Under the pieces are notes generated by a model. It had not been told where the DNA came from. It saw only the letters and a program-made list of their open reading frames with translations, and ran no database searches. Positions 8,973-16,827 of a stretch of DNA of 20,000 bases are shown here, piece by piece. Numbering within the stretch: position 1 is the stretch's first letter; each line of letters starts with the position of its first letter. Where the stretch lies: the IMG/VR virus record IMGVR_UViG_3300001683_000027; one strand, written 5' to 3'. The translations under genes were made by a program, and so were the position numbers. Source of the DNA: an uncultured virus (IMG/VR IMGVR_UViG_3300001683_000027). Taxonomy: Duplodnaviria > Heunggongvirae > Uroviricota > Caudoviricetes.

Positions 8973-9107
8973 ATGAGCGTAAAATTTCTCTATTACACTG
9001 AGTACACTTCGACGGGCGGTGCATTATCTACTGCTACGCTGGTTCCGTATTTGGATCAGATGTGTGTTATGTCTGATAGATGGCATGGAGTCAGATCATG
9101 GCTATAA
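8973..9107 (+). CDS. 44-aa hypothetical protein (not in ORF track)
   Basis: TAA-ATG abutment with the upstream gene, AAGGA just upstream, stop overlapping the next gene's start region. MSVKFLYYTEYTSTGGALSTATLVPYLDQMCVMSDRWHGVRSWL. Confidence 0.5.
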   Translation: MSVKFLYYTEYTSTGGALSTATLVPYLDQMCVMSDRWHGVRSWL

Positions 9108-11437
9108 CACTAGATGCTACCACTGATGGTAATTTTACCGTATTGAATAACGCAAACTCAAACGCATCTGTGAACAATTTCACTGCTGCCGGTGCTTGGA
9201 ATGATGTAAAGCGAGACACTACCTCGAAAGTTGAAGGTAATTCGTGCGTTAACTTAAGGGTAAATGCGGGTACAGGGACTCTGGTCTCATCACATTCTTC
9301 TCGAAGTTTAGAGAACACGCATTTAAGAATGTGGGTAAGAATCGGGCAAGCACTAAGCATCAACACTGGAGCAAACGGTGGAGCGCAACTTATTGCGGGA
9401 ACGTCCCAGAACCATGTCCGTTGGAATGTCTATGACTTGAACACACAGGTTGTTGTCTATAACGGATGGATGATGCTGGTCACTGACCCTCGTAAAGTTT
9501 ATGCTGGATCAAGTGGTTCTATTCCGAACCTTCTTTCCTTAACAAGTTCAGGCGTAAGAGTAAACTTTCTAGATGGTAACGGTAAAGATTTGGCAATTGG
9601 AGATCTTTTGTGGGTAGGTAATGAACTCTCAGTTGAAGGAGGAACTACCGGAGCAAGAGGTACTTTTGCTGAATGGAGTGCAGAAGATCGTACTCAGGGA
9701 TGGGGCATTCTGCGTAGCGTAGGTGGTGTGTATTACACAAATGCTGGATCAGTTTTTCAAGGTGTTGGTACAACAGATAGTTATTTTCAAGACACAAACC
9801 AGTTAATAGTATTTGAAAATTTACCAGTATCAGGTTCTCTCTACAACTGGAGACATGTTGGTAATGGAACGGGAACTAACTTTTTTCAACTGGGTAATTC
9901 ATCTGGAACAGGAACAACTAAAACAGGATCTGAAGGTGGTGTATTGCGAGCAGCCGGGAATGCTCCATTTAGAATAACAGCAATCGATGCTAATGCTTCT
10001 GCTGCATACTATGGCGTTCAAATGAACGGTACAACTGCGTTGTACAACGACCAAGTGCGTAATGTTAAAAGGAATGACGGAGGGTCTTTTATAGACGATA
10101 CAGTTGACTTTAATCAAGCGACTGGCACAGTATCTCCATTCCCAACGCCAGGACTCAACGATGCTTGGTATGTGGGGCACGATGAGATATTCTATGAAAT
10201 AAACTTAAACGTAACCACAGCAAACACTAGTGGAACATACACCACAGTGTTTGAGTATTGGGACGGCAGTGCGTGGTCTGCATTAACAGATGTTACAGAC
10301 GGAACAAACAGTCTAAGAACAACTGGAACAAATGCTATAACATACTCAAAACCCGATGATTGGGCAAAGACCACAGTAAATAGCGACAGCAGGTATTGGG
10401 TACGTTCAAGAATCTCTGTAGTTGGCACAGCAGGAACAGATCCTATAATCACGCAGGGCACTGTGGCTATGGCGGGTGATATAAACTTAGAAACATCAAC
10501 TGCCGAAATGATCAGTTGTAACATTTCTAAGATGGGTTGTATCAAAATTAGAAACGGTGCTTTCTTAACGAAATCGACTATTGATGGATCAGTTGTACCC
10601 GCAAAACATGCGGCAGTAGATTTTGGAGATACTAATCCTGCTACTAATACTGTAAGAGATTTAACCATTCAGAATTGTAATAAAGGAATATTGCTTAAAG
10701 GCACTAGTACTGGAGCAACTTCTTACACTCTTACGAACATATTTTTTAATAATAACACTGCGGATGTTAGAGTCGATTTTCCTGCGGGGGCTACGATTAC
10801 AATAAACATCAGTGGAGGTGATACACCTTCTATTGATAATGTTAATGGTAGTACTGTTACTATTGCTAATCCTGTTACTGTAACAATCTCTGGTCTTCTA
10901 GGCAATACAGAAATTTCAGTACTAGAAAACCCATCACCATATTCGTCTGCGGCCGCAGCGCCAGTTTCATTGTTTAATCAAGACGTTCTTTCAGCAGTCA
11001 CAGGTACAGACATCGAGTTAGACACTGGTGGCACTGCAAACATAACACGAATACTTAGCACAGGCACATCAAGTTTCGCGGCGATGGGTTTGACGGCCGG
11101 AGATAAAGTTCGAGTATCACAAAGAAGCGATCTTAAACTCTTCGATACGTATACATATACCGGCGGAAGTACAGTCTCAGCAATCAACGTTACTGCCGTT
11201 GCATCTTCGACTAGTAAATTACCTGCTATAATAGACTCTCCGGGCGAAACAGTCACGGTAGAGAAAGTAAATGCTTCATATTCTTTTCAGGTTGCATCGG
11301 GTGAAGTAGTAGACTTCTTGGCATTCAGAGAGGGTAGTTTGCCCGTTTACCAATTGACTCAAACAATCTTAGTATCAAACAATTCGTTTCCGTTGTCACA
11401 AACACTCGACAGAAACTTTGATGCGTTTGAAGTATAA
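9098..11437 (+). CDS. Large putative virion/adhesin-like protein (~779 aa; carbohydrate-binding-like and beta-helix-like segments; C-terminal LDRNF)
   Basis: GGAG at 9087-9090 favours ATG 9098 (MAITLD) over 9080. EYWDGSAWSAL...PDDWAKTTVN...YWVR module; LTIQNCNKGILL/YTLTNIFFNNN repeats. Confidence 0.7.
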   Translation: MAITLDATTDGNFTVLNNANSNASVNNFTAAGAWNDVKRDTTSKVEGNSCVNLRVNAGTGTLVSSHSSRSLENTHLRMWVRIGQALSINTGANGGAQLIAGTSQNHVRWNVYDLNTQVVVYNGWMMLVTDPRKVYAGSSGSIPNLLSLTSSGVRVNFLDGNGKDLAIGDLLWVGNELSVEGGTTGARGTFAEWSAEDRTQGWGILRSVGGVYYTNAGSVFQGVGTTDSYFQDTNQLIVFENLPVSGSLYNWRHVGNGTGTNFFQLGNSSGTGTTKTGSEGGVLRAAGNAPFRITAIDANASAAYYGVQMNGTTALYNDQVRNVKRNDGGSFIDDTVDFNQATGTVSPFPTPGLNDAWYVGHDEIFYEINLNVTTANTSGTYTTVFEYWDGSAWSALTDVTDGTNSLRTTGTNAITYSKPDDWAKTTVNSDSRYWVRSRISVVGTAGTDPIITQGTVAMAGDINLETSTAEMISCNISKMGCIKIRNGAFLTKSTIDGSVVPAKHAAVDFGDTNPATNTVRDLTIQNCNKGILLKGTSTGATSYTLTNIFFNNNTADVRVDFPAGATITINISGGDTPSIDNVNGSTVTIANPVTVTISGLLGNTEISVLENPSPYSSAAAAPVSLFNQDVLSAVTGTDIELDTGGTANITRILSTGTSSFAAMGLTAGDKVRVSQRSDLKLFDTYTYTGGSTVSAINVTAVASSTSKLPAIIDSPGETVTVEKVNASYSFQVASGEVVDFLAFREGSLPVYQLTQTILVSNNSFPLSQTLDRNFDAFEV

Positions 11438-11445
11438 TTCGGCAT

Positions 11446-11472
11446 GATAAATACTATAAATAGATATAAATT
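11446..11472 (+). promoter_or_regulatory. T4-type late promoter TATAAATA (11455-11462) flanked by two near-copies
   Basis: GATAAATA-C-TATAAATA-GA-TATAAATT upstream of the 840-aa gene. Confidence 0.85.
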
Positions 11473-11501
11473 AACTCAAGTTTTGTCGGAGATTTTATAA
11501 A

Positions 11502-14024
11502 ATGGCAGCATATATGCCTCATGATTTTATACAAATGCCCCCTAATAGCACAGGGCAGAAAATTCATATTGCGAAAAGGGTTGTACTTCATTTTGATACT
11601 ATTCAAACTGGCCAATCGTTCTCCGTAGGAGATAGCATATTAGGTGGCACTAGCGGTGCCACCGGAACAGTTACTGGTATTGAAACTGCTGGATATACCG
11701 CAGGAATAGGATTGTTGTGGATAAATGCCAGTACAGGTACTTGGTTAGATGATGAAGAGATTCGGGTATCTTCGGTTTGGATTGCCAGCGTTAATTTAAA
11801 CACGGATACTGAAGGTGGACCTGCAAATACTTTGGGTATTCAACATGTGAGTACTGTTGATAAAGAAAATCCTGCTAGGTCTCTACACATTACTGCTGAA
11901 GGCGCATCTCGCGTTGTTTTGCCTGCGGTGACTGTTGCGGAATCCGGAGCATTACTCACCCAGGATACTAGTGCATTATATACTCAAACATATGATTATA
12001 ATTACTCTGACCCTGATCTTTTCGATAATGAAATTCACCTAAAATATACAAATCCATTAAATTCAGCGGAATCTTGGGCGGCAGGAACGCATGTTAGTGG
12101 GGGAACTTCTGAAGCATCCGGTCATGTTAAATCGATTGATGCAGTTAATGATATCCTTACATTAACAGACGTTGTAGGAACATTTGTTGTTGGCGAAACA
12201 ATACACCATATACACTCTGGAGTTTCAACAATCGAAACTATGGATATTGCTGCCGGTGGAGTTCCCGATGTGACCGTCAATACTAGTACAAAAAGCATTG
12301 ATTTGTCAACTGGTGGAACTGTAGCCGGTGTTGGTGCAACTAGAACAACTAACACCTATTTTCCTTTAGGTAGAGGACGTTCTACCGAAGCAGTATTTGG
12401 AGTATCAATGACCGGAGCCACTCCTGGAGTGCTTAGACGTTTTGGAATGTATGATGAGTATAACGGATTCTTTTGGGAAATTTTAGAATCTACTGGACTT
12501 GACACCACATACGATCCTGCTGGCGCTCTAGACACCTTTGGAGAAACTGTTATTTGTGCGGTTCATAGAACTAATACAACAGGATCAGTCGTAAATCATA
12601 TCATAGCAGCAGTGAATTTTAATGTTAACACGTTAAATGGTACGGATGCAACAGGATTTGATCTTGATATAACTCGACCAAATCTTTTCTGGATCGATAT
12701 ACCGAATAGTGGGGCAGGTTCTGCTAAGTTCGGAGTATATAATGATGCTGGAGATAAATTGCTGGCACATACTTTCAGTTTCAATAATAGTGCTTTGTTT
12801 TCGGGTGCCCCCATTCCAGCATCTGCTTTACCTATTAGAGAAGAGGTTAGAAATTTCGGAGCAGGAGTTACTAGTCAAGAAACCATATTAAAGGTGGGCA
12901 AAGTTACAGTATATACGAATGAAAATGCTTCACGATATACGAACGCCCAGACGTTCCTTCATGGAAATGTTCAAAATAGACATGCTATGATGGATGACAC
13001 ACGAGGTGAAGTTCCTTTAATTGCAGTTCGTGCTGAACGGTTATTAAATAGTATTGTAAACAGAACTTATTCTAAACTACACGATATGAATGTTAATCTC
13101 CAAGACGAAAGAATAGATAGATTTTTTGGAGGCGTTATTGCTACTGATGCGATACCTATGGTTAATCATAATTTGTTGGACGGTGATAAGGTTCAGTATC
13201 AAGATGGTGTAGGGGCAACGGTAACCGGATTAGACGATCATCAATACTATTATGTCATTAAAATCGATGCTGATAATATAAAATTAGCATCTACTTATGA
13301 ACTGTCAAGAGTACCAACACCCTTAACAATATCAGGTGGAGTAGTCACTAATAAATTGGTTGAAGCACCAGGCACAGTAGTAACATTGCGGATCCGTAAA
13401 AATTCCGATATTGCAGACGCGACTTGGTCTAGACATAATACAGTCAGATCAGCATCTTCGTGGAGTCAAAACGCAACTGGTTTCAGATTGTCTGAAAACG
13501 TTGTAGTTGCGACCGGAGGAACAAATTATGTTGCTGGAGATATATTAGAACTCGATTCAGGAATAGTTAACCATAGAGAAGCGGTGTTAGAAGTAATTGA
13601 AGTATCAGCAGGAGCAATAGTTAAAGTACGTATTCTACCTTTGACGGGAGGACATCTATTAGAAACTGATGGTGTATCAAATGCTAATTATGGTTCATAT
13701 AATGGAAAAATTAGTGGTGCGATAGGACATAAGGCAAGTGGTGTTGGGTTCAGCGCATGCGCGGGTGCGGGTGCTACGTTCTCTGTATCGGTTAAATGGG
13801 GCCATGGGTTCTGGTGGACGAACTTTTATAAATCTTGGGGTGAATATAATTTCGGAGGAAGTGATATTCTATCTGCAAGGGTCAACCAAGATATAGCATT
13901 TTGTTACGGACATTCTGATAATAGTGAAGAAAACTTACAAAACTTGACTGTCACAGGCCAAGTCTACCAACCAGGATATAACGCGAAGGTTCAACTATCA
14001 TTAAATTGGCAAGAGATACAGTAG
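11502..14024 (+). CDS. Large putative virion protein (840 aa) with lectin-like core and small beta-barrel repeats
   Basis: GGAG RBS. Core RTTNTYF...RRFGMYDEYNGFFWE...LNGTDATGFDLD...WIDIPNSGAGSAKFG...LPIREE; GGTS repeats; HNLLDGDKVQY...GL...YYYVIKIDADNIKLAST; GGTNYVAGD. Confidence 0.7.
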   Translation: MAAYMPHDFIQMPPNSTGQKIHIAKRVVLHFDTIQTGQSFSVGDSILGGTSGATGTVTGIETAGYTAGIGLLWINASTGTWLDDEEIRVSSVWIASVNLNTDTEGGPANTLGIQHVSTVDKENPARSLHITAEGASRVVLPAVTVAESGALLTQDTSALYTQTYDYNYSDPDLFDNEIHLKYTNPLNSAESWAAGTHVSGGTSEASGHVKSIDAVNDILTLTDVVGTFVVGETIHHIHSGVSTIETMDIAAGGVPDVTVNTSTKSIDLSTGGTVAGVGATRTTNTYFPLGRGRSTEAVFGVSMTGATPGVLRRFGMYDEYNGFFWEILESTGLDTTYDPAGALDTFGETVICAVHRTNTTGSVVNHIIAAVNFNVNTLNGTDATGFDLDITRPNLFWIDIPNSGAGSAKFGVYNDAGDKLLAHTFSFNNSALFSGAPIPASALPIREEVRNFGAGVTSQETILKVGKVTVYTNENASRYTNAQTFLHGNVQNRHAMMDDTRGEVPLIAVRAERLLNSIVNRTYSKLHDMNVNLQDERIDRFFGGVIATDAIPMVNHNLLDGDKVQYQDGVGATVTGLDDHQYYYVIKIDADNIKLASTYELSRVPTPLTISGGVVTNKLVEAPGTVVTLRIRKNSDIADATWSRHNTVRSASSWSQNATGFRLSENVVVATGGTNYVAGDILELDSGIVNHREAVLEVIEVSAGAIVKVRILPLTGGHLLETDGVSNANYGSYNGKISGAIGHKASGVGFSACAGAGATFSVSVKWGHGFWWTNFYKSWGEYNFGGSDILSARVNQDIAFCYGHSDNSEENLQNLTVTGQVYQPGYNAKVQLSLNWQEIQ

Positions 14025-14025
14025 C

Positions 14026-14631
14026 ATGTTTGTGGGCAATTACGGGAATTATTGGCAGTGGTTACCTGCTGATGAGAGTGGTTATCCTGGCCAGAAAGTG
14101 GCATTCGACGGTGCAACAAGAACCATCTATGTAAACGAGGGTGTTTCCGAACTTGATACAAAGATTGACTTGTACTCTGCATGGAAAGAATGGGTGTTGG
14201 CATCTACGGAAGCACCATCCCCTATTGTATGGGCAAAAGCATTTACTGCTATTGGTGGGGACCCGATTACTGCTGGTCAGGATCTAGGTACTACCTACTT
14301 CTTAGAGAACGGTTGGAGAATACAACCTATTCCATATGGAACGTCATACACACTGACTATAACAGGTAACCTATATACTAGAGAAGCCGGTGAAACACCG
14401 TTTCGATTTGCGAATGGTGTTTCGGTATCATTGGTTAGATCCAACATCGTTGAATTAATTACGGTAGAAGCACTTGCGGTGGCAATTACACCAGATGATG
14501 TTACTGCGATCTCTAATGCAGCAGCAGATAAAGTTTGGGATGAACTACTTTCAGATCATACTATTGCAGGATCAGCTGGTACTAAACTGAAAGACAACTT
14601 GAAGAAAACACAATATATTGCAAGAATATAA
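14026..14631 (+). CDS. 201-aa hypothetical virion-associated protein
   Basis: Starts 1 nt after the upstream TAG. KVAFDGATRTIYV...IDLYSAWKEW...YFLENGWRI; C-terminal ADKVWDELLSDHTIAGSAGTKL. Confidence 0.7.
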   Translation: MFVGNYGNYWQWLPADESGYPGQKVAFDGATRTIYVNEGVSELDTKIDLYSAWKEWVLASTEAPSPIVWAKAFTAIGGDPITAGQDLGTTYFLENGWRIQPIPYGTSYTLTITGNLYTREAGETPFRFANGVSVSLVRSNIVELITVEALAVAITPDDVTAISNAAADKVWDELLSDHTIAGSAGTKLKDNLKKTQYIARI

Positions 14632-14644
14632 AAGGAGATCCATT

Positions 14645-14839
14645 ATGGACGACAATACTGACGTAGAAAATATCATAACAAACATCGGTGCCAAGAACTT
14701 TACCGCGGCCGAATCCAACTTTAATAGCGCATTGGACGATAGAGTCCAGATTGCTCTAGATCAAGCGAAGGTTAGAATCGCATCTAAAATTTTCGATGAC
14801 ACAGCGGTTGAGACCGAAGAAGACGAAGATCAATCTTGA
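14645..14839 (+). CDS. gp67: Prohead core protein, T4 gp67-like (64 aa)
   Basis: AAGGAG RBS favours ATG 14645. IITNIGAKNFTAAESNFNSALDDRVQIALDQAKVRIASKIF plus acidic tail matches the gp67 pattern; position before gp21. Confidence 0.75.
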   Translation: MDDNTDVENIITNIGAKNFTAAESNFNSALDDRVQIALDQAKVRIASKIFDDTAVETEEDEDQS

Positions 14840-14851
14840 GATTTAAAAAGG

Positions 14852-14859
14852 TATAAATA
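14852..14859 (+). promoter_or_regulatory. T4-type late promoter TATAAATA
   Basis: Exact consensus, 6 nt upstream of ATG 14866; heads the 68-aa gene-gp21-gp22-gp23 unit. Confidence 0.88.
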
Positions 14860-14865
14860 AACTCT

Positions 14866-15072
14866 ATGAAGAAATTTTCTACTATAAGAGAAGCGAAGAA
14901 GACTGCACCCAAGGGTGATAAAGTTTCTTCGAAAAAGGTTGGCAAAGTTTCCGTTGCGGTGTACAAGGGTAAAGGTGGATTCACTGCATACATTGATGGT
15001 GACAAACTAGACACATACCGGTCGCAGAAAGAAGCAGAAGCAATGTCTACGGAATTCGCAAAGGAAGTATAA
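14866..15072 (+). CDS. Small basic prohead core/internal protein in the gp68 position, with capsid-targeting-like N-terminus
   Basis: MKKFSTIRE|A resembles the T4 internal-protein leader MKTYQEFIAE; TAA-ATG abutment with gp21. Confidence 0.7.
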   Translation: MKKFSTIREAKKTAPKGDKVSSKKVGKVSVAVYKGKGGFTAYIDGDKLDTYRSQKEAEAMSTEFAKEV

Positions 15073-15738
15073 ATGAAACTGATTGTAGAAACCATCGAAC
15101 AAGAACTTGAGGTTATCACCGAAACGAAAAGCAACGGCGAAAAGTCTTATATGATTGAAGGTATTTTCGCACAAGCAGAAGGTAAGAATAGAAATGGACG
15201 TGTTTATAGCAAGAAGGTTTTAGAATCTGCTGTTAACAAATACGTTACAGAGCAGGTTAGCATGAAGCGGGCGGTAGGTGAGTTAAATCACCCTGCGGGT
15301 CCTACTGTTAATCTGGATAAAGTTTCCCACCTCATTACTGAACTTAGTTGGTCAGACAATGATGTGATCGGAAAGGCATCTATACTCGACACTCCTAATG
15401 GAAAGATTGTAAAAGGTCTACTAGATGGTGGCGTTCGACTGGGTGTTTCAACTCGTGGTATGGGTAGTCTTGAGAATAGAAACGGCGTCTCCTACGTAGG
15501 TAAGGACTATATTTTAAATACAGTCGATATCGTACAGGATCCATCAGCAGTCGGTGCTTTCGTTAACGGAATCATGGAAGGTGTTGATTGGATTTGGAAC
15601 AACGGCGTTCTCGAATCTCGGGTAATTGAAGAAATTGAGACAGAAATTAAGCGCGCTCCAAAGAAGGATCTATATGCGGTCCAGATTCGTGAGTATAAGA
15701 ATTTCCTCTCGTTGCTAAAAACAAACTTTAAGGAGTAA
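15073..15738 (+). CDS. gp21: Prohead protease, T4 gp21-like
   Basis: IEGIFAQAEGKNRNGRVY, GELNHP (catalytic His), GVSTRGMGS (catalytic Ser), DIVQDPSA. Confidence 0.97.
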   Translation: MKLIVETIEQELEVITETKSNGEKSYMIEGIFAQAEGKNRNGRVYSKKVLESAVNKYVTEQVSMKRAVGELNHPAGPTVNLDKVSHLITELSWSDNDVIGKASILDTPNGKIVKGLLDGGVRLGVSTRGMGSLENRNGVSYVGKDYILNTVDIVQDPSAVGAFVNGIMEGVDWIWNNGVLESRVIEEIETEIKRAPKKDLYAVQIREYKNFLSLLKTNFKE

Positions 15739-15741
15739 CAC

Positions 15742-16797
15742 ATGAACGAAGATCAAGATTTCGAAAATGTAGACCTTCCTGACGGTGATGAAAACATCGA
15801 GGAAGAGAAAGGTCACGATCCGGAAAAGGCAGAAAAGCAATCCATCGACTCTGTAGATGCTACAGACGGTGTTGTTAAGAAAGCCCCATCCAGGAAACTG
15901 GACAGCAAGAAGCAAGATCCTAAGCAGAGTCTTAAGAGCAAATCTGGCATGTTAAACGCTATGTATTCTAAAATGGCAAGCATGAACAAGGAAGCACTTA
16001 CGGCGATGTATAGCAAAGTTTCTGAAGATTTTGATGACGTTGAGATTGACGAGAAGAAAGAGGAACTTCCAGAAAGTTCTTATGACTTCTCTGAAGAATT
16101 GACTGATTTGGTTGAATCGGAAGCAACGCTCTCTGAAGAATTCAAGAGCAAAACTGCTATCATCTTTGAGACTGCGATTCGTTCTAAGATCGCGACGGAA
16201 GTCGGGAGATTGGAAGATGAATATCAAGAGAGACTTAGCGAAGAAATCGAGACTACTCGAACTGACCTCGTTGAGAACGTTGATAACTACCTCAACTATG
16301 TAGTTGAAAATTGGATGGAGGAAAACCAAGTCGCTGTTGAGACAGGTCTCCGTGCTGAAATCGCCGAAGATTTTATGAGTAACTTGAAAGAGTTGTTCGT
16401 TGAATCTTACATCGAAGTTCCTGAATCCAAGATTGACCTAGTTGACGAACTTGCTGGACAGGTGGAAGAACTTGAAGAAAAACTTAATGGACAAACAGAG
16501 TCTGTTATTACTATGTCTGAAGAACTTGAGTCATACAAACGTGCCACGGTTATCCGTGAACACAGTCGTGACCTAGCGGAAACTGAAGTTGAAAAACTGA
16601 TGTCTCTTGTTGAGTCGCTTGACTTTGAAGACGAAGACACTTTTTCTGCCAAGGTTAAGACTGTTAAAGAATCCTACTTCAAGAAAGAATCTACAGAAAT
16701 TGTAGATGAAACTCAAGATGATTTCGATGAAGAAACAGTTGCACCATCAGCAAAAATGGCACAATACGTCCAGTCCCTTCGTGGGTCTCGGAAGTAA
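15742..16797 (+). CDS. gp22: Prohead core scaffold protein, T4 gp22-like
   Basis: Acidic and helical: LSEEFKSKTAIIFE, VDNYLNYVVENWMEEN, LKELFVESYIEVP, VKESYF. AAGGAG RBS; between gp21 and gp23. Confidence 0.93.
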   Translation: MNEDQDFENVDLPDGDENIEEEKGHDPEKAEKQSIDSVDATDGVVKKAPSRKLDSKKQDPKQSLKSKSGMLNAMYSKMASMNKEALTAMYSKVSEDFDDVEIDEKKEELPESSYDFSEELTDLVESEATLSEEFKSKTAIIFETAIRSKIATEVGRLEDEYQERLSEEIETTRTDLVENVDNYLNYVVENWMEENQVAVETGLRAEIAEDFMSNLKELFVESYIEVPESKIDLVDELAGQVEELEEKLNGQTESVITMSEELESYKRATVIREHSRDLAETEVEKLMSLVESLDFEDEDTFSAKVKTVKESYFKKESTEIVDETQDDFDEETVAPSAKMAQYVQSLRGSRK

Positions 16798-16827
16798 AAT
16801 AAAAATAATCCAATAGGAGCATATTAA

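Noticed and set aside
5419..14631. Cassette as a mobile element, DGR target or CRISPR array
   Set aside because: No integrase, transposase or reverse transcriptase motifs, terminal repeats, template/variable repeat pair or spacer periodicity seen.
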